Source of the DNA: Sphingomicrobium sp.
GTDB lineage: Bacteria; Pseudomonadota; Alphaproteobacteria; Sphingomonadales; Sphingomonadaceae
Length of the DNA: 64,000 bases
Assembly (NCBI GenBank): GCA_037721775.1
Contig: JBBJOG010000012.1
Location: forward strand, 1,635-65,634
Direction of reading: 5' to 3'
The translations under genes and the position numbers were made by a program. How positions within the stretch are numbered: position 1 is the stretch's first letter; every line of letters begins with the position of its first letter. Below the pieces are notes generated by a model. It made no database searches. It had not been told where the DNA came from and saw nothing but the letters and a program-made list of their open reading frames with translations. Positions 20,054-29,601 of the stretch are shown here, piece after piece.

Positions 20054-23000
20054 TCAATAATCCTTCGACACGCGCACGTTGGCCGAGGTCCGCCCGATGG
20101 TCGAGATCGACGACAGCAACGAGAGCCAGCGGGTGACCTGATATTCGATCCGGGTTGCCGAATAATCCTGCCCGTCGGTGATCACTTCGACGTAGAGCTT
20201 GCGGCCGATATATTTGCCGGCGGCAACCGCGGTCTTCTGGCCGGTGGCGATATCTGCCGGGACGATCCGCAACCGGTCGAGCCCGACGGCTCGGCGAACC
20301 GCGTTGATCGGGTCGAGATTGCCCGAGCCCGAATTGAGCGCCGCCACCGCCGATGCGAGCTGGATCGCCTCGGGCGCCGACAAATTGGTGATCGAGGTCC
20401 CGAACAGGATCCGCGACAGCAATTCGTCCTGCGGCAGCGCCGGGACGCTGGCGAACTGGATGTCGGGCTTAAGGCCGGTGCCCTGCACCAGGACGCTGGC
20501 GTTGAGCCCCTGCACGTCGGCGACGGCGCGGATGTCGAGCAACGGATTGGCCGGGCTTTCGCCACGAAAGCTGATCACCCCGCGGTCGAGCCGGAAGCTG
20601 CGGCCGGCGAATTCGTAATAGCCTCGCACGAGGTCGACACGCCCGCTGAAGCGCGGCTCGTCGGCATAGCCGCCGATGGCGAGGTCGGTGCTCCAGCTGC
20701 TGTTGATGCCGAGGCCGCGCACCCGCAAATTGCGGCCGGCAAGCTTCATGTCGAGCCGCCACGGGCGCAGCTCGCGCGCGTCGATCACTTGGTCATCGTC
20801 GCGGCCGCGATGCTGGACTGCGAGCTGCGGAATGGCCGCGGCCTTGCTTGCGCGTCCCAAGGTGAAGCTGCCGTTGTTGAGCCGGAAGTTGCCGGAGATG
20901 GCGCCGCCGTTGCCGCCCGAGACGATCTTAAGCGGCCCGGTGACCGTCGCGGCCACGTCGTCGCGGTTCAAAAGCCGAGCATTGGCGGCGTTGAACGCAA
21001 GGTCGAGCGCGGTCCGACCGCCGCTGAAATTGACCGTTCCCGAACCTGACAGCGAGCCGCCGGCTCCGGCCCGGCCGGAAATCCGGCTGAACACCAGCCG
21101 TGGACCGTCGAACCGGCCCTCGGTGGCGAGCTGGTCGATTACCGTCCCGGTCACCGCGCTTTCGAGCCGCGCGTTCCGGGTCCGAAGTGAGCCGCGAATG
21201 ACGGGATCGACCAGCCGGCCGCTGATGTCGGCGCCGATCGCCGCCGGGCCGGTGAGGTCGATGATCTCCACCCCCGACAGCCGCCACAAGGTATCGGCCG
21301 GGCCGTCGTAGCGAAGCTGGGCGAGCAAAGGCGCGTTCATCAGCGCGGCGACCACCGATCCGCCCGCGAGCGGCGCGAAGCGGGCCTGGGCGCGGCCGAT
21401 GGTCTTGCCGCCGCTGTTGGCGACCGCGCGCATCCCGGCTTTGTCGCCGGTCAGAACCGCGGCAAGGCCGACGTCGATCGGCTGCGAGGCGAGGAGGAGG
21501 CCGGCGCGGCTCAAGCCCCGGATGGTGAGGTTGGCGCGGCCCGATCGGCCACCCTTCCACGCATAATCGAGCTGCCCGCTGGCGCGCCCGCTAAGGTCGA
21601 GGTTGGGCCAGCCGATGTCGAGCACCTCCATCGGCATCGAGGCGAGCTGCGCGTGAACCGCGGGGCGCGAGCCGCTGTTGCCGGACACGGTCGCCCGTCC
21701 GCCGCCGAACGTCAGCCGCGTCGGCGCCAGAGCCCAGCCGTCGCCGGCGCGGGTCAGCACGGCCGCTTGCTCGAGCACCAGCGGCCGCCGTTCGATATTG
21801 CCGCGCCCGGTCAGGCTGATCCGGTCGGGCGTCACATCGGCCAAAGTGACGAAGTCGAAGGCGGCGCCGCGGCGGCCGGCGAAAGCGGCGCGGACTTGGC
21901 CGGACCCGTTGACGAGGCTGGCGTTGGCGGTGACCCGGGCGAGTGTCAGGCCGCTCAGCTCGAGCCCGCGCGCGTCGAGGACTCCGTTGAGCGTCGTTCG
22001 CCCGTCGGCAAGCAGGATGGTGCCATCGAGGCGGCCGCTGCGCACCGCAAGCGCGCCCGGGAAGCGCGCCGACGAAGCCGCGAGATGCGCTTCGATCTTC
22101 TGCGCTCCGCCGGCCGGCGCGAAAGCCAGCGTCCCGTCGAGCCCGCCGCCGGCCAGCGCCAGCGTGCCGGTGAAGCCGCCGGGGTCGGAGCGGAGGTTGC
22201 CGCTGGCCGTCGTGCCGCCGACGTTGAGCGCGGCGATAGCGATGGTGGTTCGCCCGCCGCGCGGCAGCAGGATCCGGCCGTTGCTGGTGAAGGCGCCGAG
22301 CCGCGACCCGCCCGCGGCGCGATAATCGAAGCCGGCTGCAATTGGGCTGAGCAGCAGCCGAACGTCCTTGAGGCCCATGCTGTCGTTGGGCCGGTCGAGC
22401 AGCAGCTCGACCCTCGGCCGTGCGATATTGCCGTCAAGCGTCATCCGCAGCGGGCCGTATTTGGCCTGGCGCCCGGACGCGACGATGTGGAAGGTGCCAT
22501 CGCGGTTGCGCCTGCCCTCCCCCGACAGCCGAAGCTTGGGCGAGAACAACTGCAAATTGTGGAGGCGCAGGATGCCGTCGGGGCCGCGGGTGAGGCCGGT
22601 TTCGATGCGCGGGAGACCGCCGGTCAAATCGGCGAAGAAACTGTTATCGAGCCGCCGGACCCAGGCCTTGGCGCTGCCGGTAACCAGCGAGCCCTTGCCG
22701 CCCGGGCCGGGGACGACGCGCAATTCGGTCAGAACGTCGACGAGGCCCAGGCCCTCGATGAAATAGCGCTTGAGGCCGCCCAACAGCAGTATTTCGAACC
22801 GTCCCGTGGCGAGGTCGATCAGAAGCGAGACCTTGCCCGACAGCTTGTCGCTGCGCAGCTGCAGCCCTTCGCCGCGGACTAGCTTGGGCGTGATCGTCAG
22901 CATCCCGTCGAGGCTGGCGTTACGAAGGATATCGCTGGCGGTGTCGCCGACTCCGGTAATGGCGCGGGCTTTCAAATGCAGCGGCACCCGCATCGGCCAG

Positions 23001-24229
23001 CCGGTCAGCCGCCCCTTCCCTTCGGCGCGCACGTCGATGAAGCCGGTCGCATCGAAGACGAGGTTGGGCGCGGTCAGCCGATAAGCGTAATTGGCGCTTC
23101 TAAACGGGCCGTCCAGGGTCCACGTCATGCGCACGTTGCGCCCCCGCATGTTGGGGAGCAACGCCTCCGGGCGAAGCAAATCGACGCCGGCGCTGACGCC
23201 GCGGTAACGGCCCCGTCCAAGGTCGATCGCGCCGCTGGCGACGGCGCGGAGCGCGGTCGAGCCGAGCGCGATTCGCCCGTCGAGAATTCGGTCCTCCAGC
23301 GTCGCGTTGCCGCGCACCCGGACGACCGGCGCGGTCAGGCGGAGCAGCCGGCCCTTGAGGAATTGCGACGGGCTAAGCGTTCCGGCCAGGCCGAAGCGGC
23401 CGTTCTCGGTGCTCAGCGCGAGGCGGCCCGCGGCGCGCCCGGCAAGGTTGAGCGAGCCGTTTCCGCGCCAGCGGGTCCACGTTCCGTCGCCGCTGATCGC
23501 CAGGTCGATCGATCGCTTGATCCCGACCATCGCGGGAAGCACGCCGTCGGCCGGCGAGCTGGCCCGCGCCTCGATGTCGAAGCGGTCGCCGTCGGGTTCG
23601 GCGTCGAGCTTGAGCGCTAACCGATCGGCACCGTCGACGATGGCATTGAGCTCGACCAACGCCCGGCCCGAGCGGATGTCGGCGGTCCCGCTCAGCCGCC
23701 CGGCCCGGGGCGTTCCGGCTACCCCGCGCTGAATCTCCAGCCGGTCGATCGACAATTTGCCAATTGAGATATCGAAGCCGGGCAGCATCGGGCCGGTTCG
23801 CCCGGTCGGCTTGAGCCGGGGCAGCCGGATCAGCGTGGCCCGGTCCGCGTGGACGCTTTCGATCGTCAGCTTGTTGTAGAGCCAGGCGGCAGGGGTCCAG
23901 TCGAGCTCGATCTCGGGCGAGGTGAAGAACACCCCGCTTCCATCCATCACCGCGACGTTCCTCAGCCGCGATTGGCCGAAGATCGAGCCTTCGATCCGGC
24001 CGATGCGGAACTTGAGGCCGGTCGCGGTCTGGATCTGGCCGATGCGGTCGACGATGAAGCGGTGACCGGGCGCGGTGTCGAGCAGTACCAGGCCGACGAC
24101 CAGGAGCAGCGCCAGCCCGACCAGCAGGGCCACCAACTCCTGCATCAGGCGTCTGGCCCAATTGCGCTTCAATCGATAGCGAGAGGGCTCCGTCGGCGCC
24201 TCGTCGAGCGTCGCGACTTCGTCCGTCAA
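20054..24229 (-). CDS. tamB: Translocation and assembly module TamB
   Basis: N-terminal TM anchor, long beta-rich body, DUF490-like C-terminus (GKYIGRKLYVE...EYQVT); TTG start overlaps tamA stop. Confidence 0.9.
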   Translation of the reverse strand: MTDEVATLDEAPTEPSRYRLKRNWARRLMQELVALLVGLALLLVVGLVLLDTAPGHRFIVDRIGQIQTATGLKFRIGRIEGSIFGQSRLRNVAVMDGSGVFFTSPEIELDWTPAAWLYNKLTIESVHADRATLIRLPRLKPTGRTGPMLPGFDISIGKLSIDRLEIQRGVAGTPRAGRLSGTADIRSGRALVELNAIVDGADRLALKLDAEPDGDRFDIEARASSPADGVLPAMVGIKRSIDLAISGDGTWTRWRGNGSLNLAGRAAGRLALSTENGRFGLAGTLSPSQFLKGRLLRLTAPVVRVRGNATLEDRILDGRIALGSTALRAVASGAIDLGRGRYRGVSAGVDLLRPEALLPNMRGRNVRMTWTLDGPFRSANYAYRLTAPNLVFDATGFIDVRAEGKGRLTGWPMRVPLHLKARAITGVGDTASDILRNASLDGMLTITPKLVRGEGLQLRSDKLSGKVSLLIDLATGRFEILLLGGLKRYFIEGLGLVDVLTELRVVPGPGGKGSLVTGSAKAWVRRLDNSFFADLTGGLPRIETGLTRGPDGILRLHNLQLFSPKLRLSGEGRRNRDGTFHIVASGRQAKYGPLRMTLDGNIARPRVELLLDRPNDSMGLKDVRLLLSPIAAGFDYRAAGGSRLGAFTSNGRILLPRGGRTTIAIAALNVGGTTASGNLRSDPGGFTGTLALAGGGLDGTLAFAPAGGAQKIEAHLAASSARFPGALAVRSGRLDGTILLADGRTTLNGVLDARGLELSGLTLARVTANASLVNGSGQVRAAFAGRRGAAFDFVTLADVTPDRISLTGRGNIERRPLVLEQAAVLTRAGDGWALAPTRLTFGGGRATVSGNSGSRPAVHAQLASMPMEVLDIGWPNLDLSGRASGQLDYAWKGGRSGRANLTIRGLSRAGLLLASQPIDVGLAAVLTGDKAGMRAVANSGGKTIGRAQARFAPLAGGSVVAALMNAPLLAQLRYDGPADTLWRLSGVEIIDLTGPAAIGADISGRLVDPVIRGSLRTRNARLESAVTGTVIDQLATEGRFDGPRLVFSRISGRAGAGGSLSGSGTVNFSGGRTALDLAFNAANARLLNRDDVAATVTGPLKIVSGGNGGAISGNFRLNNGSFTLGRASKAAAIPQLAVQHRGRDDDQVIDARELRPWRLDMKLAGRNLRVRGLGINSSWSTDLAIGGYADEPRFSGRVDLVRGYYEFAGRSFRLDRGVISFRGESPANPLLDIRAVADVQGLNASVLVQGTGLKPDIQFASVPALPQDELLSRILFGTSITNLSAPEAIQLASAVAALNSGSGNLDPINAVRRAVGLDRLRIVPADIATGQKTAVAAGKYIGRKLYVEVITDGQDYSATRIEYQVTRWLSLLSSISTIGRTSANVRVSKDY

Positions 24230-26229
24230 AACGCCTGTCCCAGCGAAACCGCGACGGCGATCCGGCTGTCGCCCTGGCGCGGGTTGAGCGGGGTGCCGAC
24301 GTCGACCCGGATCGGGCCGAACGCCGAATAATAACGCAGACCGAGCCCCGCGCCGAATTGCCACCCGTTCAAGTCGGGCGTGATCCTGTTGGCAAGCGTG
24401 CCGCCATCGAGGAAGGGGACGATCCCGAAACTGCCGAAGCGCACCCGCGCCTCGAGCGAGAATTCGGCCAGCGCCCGCCCACCGATCGGATCGCCCTGGA
24501 AATCGCGCGGCCCCAGCCGCTGGTAGCCGTAGCCGCGGACCGACCCACCGCCGCCCGAATAGAAACGGCGCGACGGCGCGATCGACGGAGCGTCGGCACC
24601 GACGATCGAACCCAGCCGCACTCGCCCGGCGATCACCGTGTTCGACGCCAGAGGTAGGTAAGCGGAGCCGTCGATCTGCGCCCGGGCGTAAGTGAACGAG
24701 CCGCCCTGCGCCGAAATCTCCGGGCTCAACCGGCCGCCGAGGCGGAAGCCCCGCGTCGGGTTGAGCAGATCGTCGCTGCCATCATAGTAAAGCGTAGCCG
24801 GAAGCGCGGCGATGAGGAAGGTGCGGGTCTCCTCGGCCGCCGGGTCGCTGAAAATCCCGCGCTCGTCGGTGGCGAGCAGCTCGGTGCCGATGCTCCACGT
24901 CCATTTCTTGCGCCAGATGATGTTGCTCTGCCGCTCGATGTTCGCCGCAAGCATGATGGTTTTGGCATCGTAAGCGGCAAATTCGGTGTTGCTTGCGACC
25001 AGCTGCGCGTTGAGCGCCCGGTCCCGGCCGCCAAAGTTGTTGCGGCGGAAACTGATGCCGGCCAGCTGCTCGCGGGTGCCGGCGACCCCGCGCACGGTAA
25101 TCGCGCCCTCGGGCGGCAAGAAATTGCGGTGCTGCCAGCTGGCTTCGGCGCGGAAGCCCTCGCCGGTGCCATAGCCGAGCTGCCCGGCGACGGTGCGCAT
25201 CGGCGCCGGCTGCATGTTGACGGTCAAGTCGACCCGGTTGCCGGCCGCCGGCACCACCTGCACTTCGGCGATGGAGACGAGGCCGGTGGCGATCAGTGCG
25301 CGGCGCAGATCGTCGACCTTCGCGCCCTCGAACCGGTCGCCCGGGTCGAAGCGGGCGATCCGGGCGACATGCTGCGCGTCAAACGGCGGATTGCCGCCAA
25401 CCCGAATCGCGCCGAACGCTGCCAGCGGCCCTGGGTCAACGGGGAGCACCAGGGTCGCCAAGCGAGTGCTGTGGTCGATGATGATTTCCTGCTGGCCGAC
25501 CGTTGCCAGCGCGAACCCCTGCTCGCCCAGCGCGACTTTCAAATTGACGTTGGCGGCGATGACGTCCTCGGCAACGACCGAGTCGCCGGCCTTGACGCCA
25601 AACGCCTCGCGCAGCCTGGCCGCTTCCGCGCCCGCGGCATCGAGCCCGGCCAACTCGACCGACTGGAATCGGTATTGCTCGCCGGGGTCGGCGTCGAGGG
25701 TAACCAGCAGCGCTTGCCCCCGCAGCTCGATCCGCGGCGCGACCTCGGCATCGTAAAAGCCCTGCGACCGGAGCAGCTCGGCGAGCAGCTCGGAATCGGC
25801 TTCCGAGCGACGCTGGATCTGCGCGGCGTTGGTGTCCTGCTTGCGCCCTTCGTACAGCGCCGATTGCTTTTCGAACGATTCCACCAGCGCCGGCGCGTTG
25901 CCGAGCCGGTCGAGGCCTTCGATGGCAACCGCATATTGCCGCTCGGCATTGGCATCGAGGATCGTCGCATCGGCGGGAAGCGGCGGGGCATCGGCAAGCG
26001 GCGCGCTTTCGGTAAGGGGAGCTAGCGGCTCCGTGGCAAGGTCGGGCCAGTCCACCCCGATGTCCGGCATCGGGTCGAGCGGCGCGGACGGATCGAGGGG
26101 CGGCGCTGGCTGAGCTTGCTGGGCGGATCCAGGCGATGCGCATAGGGCAATTGTCGCGGCCGCGCACAACAGCCACGCGGCTGCCCGCGCTTTGCCCCGA
26201 TCCCTCATCGAAATCAGCCTAGTGGGCAC
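24226..26229 (-). CDS. tamA: Omp85-family autotransporter assembly factor TamA
   Basis: POTRA-like region, RFYSGGGGSVRGY, C-terminal AVSLGQAF; start position uncertain. Confidence 0.9.
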   Translation of the reverse strand: MPTRLISMRDRGKARAAAWLLCAAATIALCASPGSAQQAQPAPPLDPSAPLDPMPDIGVDWPDLATEPLAPLTESAPLADAPPLPADATILDANAERQYAVAIEGLDRLGNAPALVESFEKQSALYEGRKQDTNAAQIQRRSEADSELLAELLRSQGFYDAEVAPRIELRGQALLVTLDADPGEQYRFQSVELAGLDAAGAEAARLREAFGVKAGDSVVAEDVIAANVNLKVALGEQGFALATVGQQEIIIDHSTRLATLVLPVDPGPLAAFGAIRVGGNPPFDAQHVARIARFDPGDRFEGAKVDDLRRALIATGLVSIAEVQVVPAAGNRVDLTVNMQPAPMRTVAGQLGYGTGEGFRAEASWQHRNFLPPEGAITVRGVAGTREQLAGISFRRNNFGGRDRALNAQLVASNTEFAAYDAKTIMLAANIERQSNIIWRKKWTWSIGTELLATDERGIFSDPAAEETRTFLIAALPATLYYDGSDDLLNPTRGFRLGGRLSPEISAQGGSFTYARAQIDGSAYLPLASNTVIAGRVRLGSIVGADAPSIAPSRRFYSGGGGSVRGYGYQRLGPRDFQGDPIGGRALAEFSLEARVRFGSFGIVPFLDGGTLANRITPDLNGWQFGAGLGLRYYSAFGPIRVDVGTPLNPRQGDSRIAVAVSLGQAF

Positions 26230-26260
26230 ACCTGAACGGCGCTAGTCCGCCGGAGGAGTA

Positions 26261-26470
26261 TTAGTGGACGGTTCCGCGCACCTGGTCGCTGGCGAGGGTG
26301 GCGATCACCCGCTCGATCTGCCGCCAGTGGCAAAAGCCGACGACATTGTCGTTGTCGCGGCTCCGCTCGGCGCGGGCGGCGGCCTCGAAGCCGGCATCGT
26401 CGCCGAACCGCTCGATCAGATCGGCGGCGTCGTTAAGGGCCGGACGGCCGGTGATGAACGGGGACTCCAT
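26261..26470 (-). CDS. Hypothetical protein (69 aa)
   Basis: Host-like codon usage; fits gap upstream of tamA. Confidence 0.7.
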   Translation of the reverse strand: MESPFITGRPALNDAADLIERFGDDAGFEAAARAERSRDNDNVVGFCHWRQIERVIATLASDQVRGTVH

Positions 26471-26536
26471 GGGCCAACTGTTAACCCGCGACCGGTTTCG
26501 CGACTGCCGACAAGTGTCGTCAATAGTACGTTGACC

Positions 26537-26734
26537 ATGTCGGACGGCGCTCCCAAGAAGCGGGTGATGAAGAAAACTCCACTTGCCGGCGGATTTTTCC
26601 TGGTGGCGCCGATCGTGATCGGCTTCGCGGCCGGCCTCGCCACCGGCGACGCGATGCGCGGGGTGATCATCGGCACCGCGATCGGCATCGCTTTTGCCGT
26701 CGCTTTGTGGCTGGTCGACCGCCGCCGCGCCTGA
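26537..26734 (+). CDS. Small two-TM membrane protein
   Basis: MSDGAPKK... with two hydrophobic helices and RRR tail; ATG 26537. Confidence 0.65.
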   Translation: MSDGAPKKRVMKKTPLAGGFFLVAPIVIGFAAGLATGDAMRGVIIGTAIGIAFAVALWLVDRRRA

Positions 26735-26738
26735 CGGC

Positions 26739-27386
26739 CTAGCCGATCTTGCGGCCGGCCCAGATCACCCGGCCGATGCACTGAACGTCGTCGATGTCGC
26801 AATCGGGCCAGTCGGGATAAGCCGGATTGTCCGACTGGATCGTCACCCGGCGGCCGGCGGGGTGGAGCGCGAGCCGCTTGACCACTAGCACATCGTCGGC
26901 GCGAAGCACGTAAATCCCGTCGCGCAGGCGCTCCATGCAATCGCCGAGGTCGACCAGGATATCGTCGCCGGCACTGAGCGTCGGCGCCATTGAATCGCCA
27001 TCGACCCGGATGATCGACAGCTTGCCCGACGACGTGCCGGTCAGCGACCTCAGCCACCTTTGGTCGAACGCGAAATAGGGGCGCCCCGCTTCCTCGGCAG
27101 GATAAGCGCCCGGTCCCGCCGATGCCTGCACCAGGGTGCGCGTGACCGGGACCAGGCCGGCCGGCCCATGGTCGCCGCTGTCCGGCCCGCCGAGCATCGA
27201 TTCGGGAATCGAGAAGTAACGGGCAAGCTTGCGCCGTTCCGCTTCCTTCAGCTTCTTGGGGACGCCGCGGCGGACGAACTGCTGAATGTAGGCCGGGTTG
27301 CGGCCCAGCATTCGCGACAGGCCGGCAAAATCTTCACCGCGCTCCGAGCAGAGGCGTTCAAGAACGGCGCGGGCATCGGCTGACAT
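26739..27386 (-). CDS. LexA/CI-like repressor with S24 peptidase domain
   Basis: N-terminal HTH (LSRMLGRNPAYIQQFV), RVDGDSMAPTL (Ser), VVKRL (Lys); start ATG 27386. Confidence 0.9.
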   Translation of the reverse strand: MSADARAVLERLCSERGEDFAGLSRMLGRNPAYIQQFVRRGVPKKLKEAERRKLARYFSIPESMLGGPDSGDHGPAGLVPVTRTLVQASAGPGAYPAEEAGRPYFAFDQRWLRSLTGTSSGKLSIIRVDGDSMAPTLSAGDDILVDLGDCMERLRDGIYVLRADDVLVVKRLALHPAGRRVTIQSDNPAYPDWPDCDIDDVQCIGRVIWAGRKIG

Positions 27387-27478
27387 GGTTCGAATGCATT
27401 TAACCATAGGTAATAGCCTAGACAAGTAGGAAAAGCATTGGGAAAGGATGTGCAGCCGAGTCGAGCAAAGGGTGAGGG

Positions 27479-27658
27479 ATGAAGAGTGTATTTGCTCCGA
27501 GAAGTCGAGAAATTTTGAACGCGCGACGAGTCGCGCCCGCTCGGTTCGGCCGTGACGTAGTCGGCGATCCACGGTTCGTCTTCGATCTGCCCAACGGAAG
27601 AGAGCCACGGCCTCAAACGGTTGCGCGAGTCCGGGCCTATCTGGAGGCCGCGCGATGA
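27479..27658 (+). pseudogene. Cro-like small DNA-binding protein, apparently frameshifted near 27513
   Basis: GTG 27486 gives VYLLREVEKF-stop; one extra T gives ...KFLNARRVAPARFGRDVVGDPRFVFDL...RAYLEAAR. ATG 27479 gives an uninterrupted 59-aa alternative. Not in ORF track. Confidence 0.6.
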
Positions 27659-27990
27659 TGCGGATCGCGTTGTCGCCGGCCGCCGCTGGGCTGCTCCGTT
27701 CGCTGCTTGCGAGGACGGGTGTGGATCGAAGTAGGATTTTGCTTACCGAGTTCCGTTCAATCGATTGGCAATCGCTTACTTTCATCGGTGAGCGCCATGA
27801 GCTCAGGCTGCGCGTGCCGGGTCCCGATTCGGGCGAGATCCTGTCGCGCTTGCTGACCGGGCTCGACGACGCGGAGTTCGCCATTCCCGGCCATCTGGTC
27901 GCCGACATTGGCGTGGTCGACCAACCCCGCCGCGAAGCGGACGGATCGATGACGGTCGCGTTGGAGGCGTTGACGGTTGCCGAAGACTAG
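27655..27990 (+). CDS. Hypothetical protein (111 aa)
   Basis: ATGA overlap with upstream Cro-like ORF; host-like codon usage. Confidence 0.75.
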   Translation: MMRIALSPAAAGLLRSLLARTGVDRSRILLTEFRSIDWQSLTFIGERHELRLRVPGPDSGEILSRLLTGLDDAEFAIPGHLVADIGVVDQPRREADGSMTVALEALTVAED

Positions 27991-28008
27991 CGAGCCGGTT
28001 GCCGAGGA

Positions 28009-28424
28009 CTAACGGACGGCGCGGCGCAGCTGGTCAAGAGCCTCGCGCAGCTGTTCGGTCGCGTCGGGCAGCGCTTCGTTGGTGCCGGGCATGTCGCCGG
28101 CGGGCAGCGCCGCGCGAAACCGACGAACCACCGGCGACGGGAGTGAACCGGCGGCGACCGGCTGATCGAGCAGCAGATCGCCGCGCTCGCCGAGCGTCAG
28201 CATGGCGCCGGTGAATTCGAGCGGCGCCGGAACGAAGCCGGGGAAAACTGGCGGCGACGCCGGCAGCCGCACCAGGCTGGTGAAGACCCGCACGAAGACC
28301 AGCCCGCCAATGCTGCCCGCGACAAGCAGCGGCAATGGAAGATACTGGCGACCGCAAAGCATACGGCAGCGCCGAGAATGAGGGCGGCGGCGGCGTCGAT
28401 TGCTGAGCGGAAAGGGTGAGCCAT
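28009..28424 (-). pseudogene. Membrane protein split by an apparent 1-nt frameshift near 28340
   Basis: Hydrophobic N-terminus MAHPFRSAIDAAAALILGAAVCFAVASI continues naturally as LPLPLLVAGSIGGLVFVRVF in another frame. Confidence 0.5.
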
Positions 28425-28531
28425 GGGGCCGTGACTATCGCCCAATCCTTGCCATCCGGTTTCGACCCGCGAGGAACCGGCCCGCCCGCCGCTCGCTTAA
28501 GCGGGCTCATGCAACAGCAACCCCACAGTTG

Positions 28532-29581
28532 ATGCTCCGCCACGCCAGCGACGGCGAGCCCGGCTACTCGCGCAAGCAGATGGGCCGATACTGGGCCTAT
28601 TTCGACGATGATGGCGAGCGGGTCACCGGCCGCGAGACGATCGACCGGCTCAACTCGGTCGCGCTTCCCCCCGCCTACGACAATGCCTGGTTTTGCAAGG
28701 ACACCAACGGTCACCTGCAGGCGACCGGAGTCGATGCCCGGGGCCGCAAGCAATATCGATACCACGCCGACTATCGCGCCCGCCGCGACAAGAAGAAATA
28801 TAGCGGCACTCGGGAGTTCGGGGCGGCCCTGCCCAAGCTGAGGCGGCGGGTCGCGGCCGACCTCAAGAAGCGCAAGCTCAGCCGCGATGCGGTGCTCGCC
28901 GCGATCGTGCGATTGCTCGACACCCAATATTTGCGCGTCGGCAATGAACAATATGCCAAGGACAACAACAGCTACGGGGCGACCACGCTCCGTTCGCGCC
29001 ACGTCAAGCGCAGCGGCATCAAGCTGATGATGCGCTTCAAGGGCAAGCACGGAATCGTCCGCGAGGTCCCGATCACCGACTCCAATTTGAAGCGCATCGT
29101 GTCCAAGTGCGACGAGCTGCCGGGTCAGCATCTCTTCCAGTATCTGGCCGAGGACAACGAGCCCTGCCCGATCACCTCGGCGGACGTGAACGATTACATC
29201 CGTGAGGCGACCGGCGGCGACTTCACCGCCAAGAACTTCCGCACCTGGGGCGCGAGCGTGATCGCCTTCGAGGCGATGCTCGAATCGCAGCTGCTGGATA
29301 AGGCCAAGGTTTCCTTGAAGACGGTGCTGGAGCCGGTCGCCGAAGCGCTTGGCAACACCCCCGCGATCAGCCGCAAGTCCTATGTTCATCCCCGGCTGAT
29401 CGAGGCGACGCGCGACCGCCCGCGCGATCCGCTGGGACGCATGGACGTGCCGCGGGCGCGCAAATGGCTGTCGTCGGGTGAGGTCGGGCTGCTCGCTTTC
29501 CTGTCGGCAAGGAAACTGCCCGGGCAATCCGGTTCGAAGCAGGCCGGGCGCACCGCCGGGGCGTCGCAAGCCGACGCTTGA
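28532..29581 (+). CDS. Bacterial DNA topoisomerase IB
   Basis: LPPAY, GHLQATGVDARGRKQYRY, LRVGNE, FTAKNFRTW, LGNTPAISRKSYVHP (catalytic Tyr); start ATG 28532. Confidence 0.95.
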   Translation: MLRHASDGEPGYSRKQMGRYWAYFDDDGERVTGRETIDRLNSVALPPAYDNAWFCKDTNGHLQATGVDARGRKQYRYHADYRARRDKKKYSGTREFGAALPKLRRRVAADLKKRKLSRDAVLAAIVRLLDTQYLRVGNEQYAKDNNSYGATTLRSRHVKRSGIKLMMRFKGKHGIVREVPITDSNLKRIVSKCDELPGQHLFQYLAEDNEPCPITSADVNDYIREATGGDFTAKNFRTWGASVIAFEAMLESQLLDKAKVSLKTVLEPVAEALGNTPAISRKSYVHPRLIEATRDRPRDPLGRMDVPRARKWLSSGEVGLLAFLSARKLPGQSGSKQAGRTAGASQADA

Positions 29582-29601
29582 TAGCAAGCGAGGCTGCCGC
29601 C

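Noticed and set aside
26519-26535. GTCAA-N7-TTGAC palindrome as an FNR/FixK box
   Set aside because: Wrong orientation and spacing; more simply -35-like hexamers.
26739-29581. S24 repressor plus topoisomerase IB as a prophage remnant
   Set aside because: No integrase, att or structural genes nearby, and host-like codon usage.
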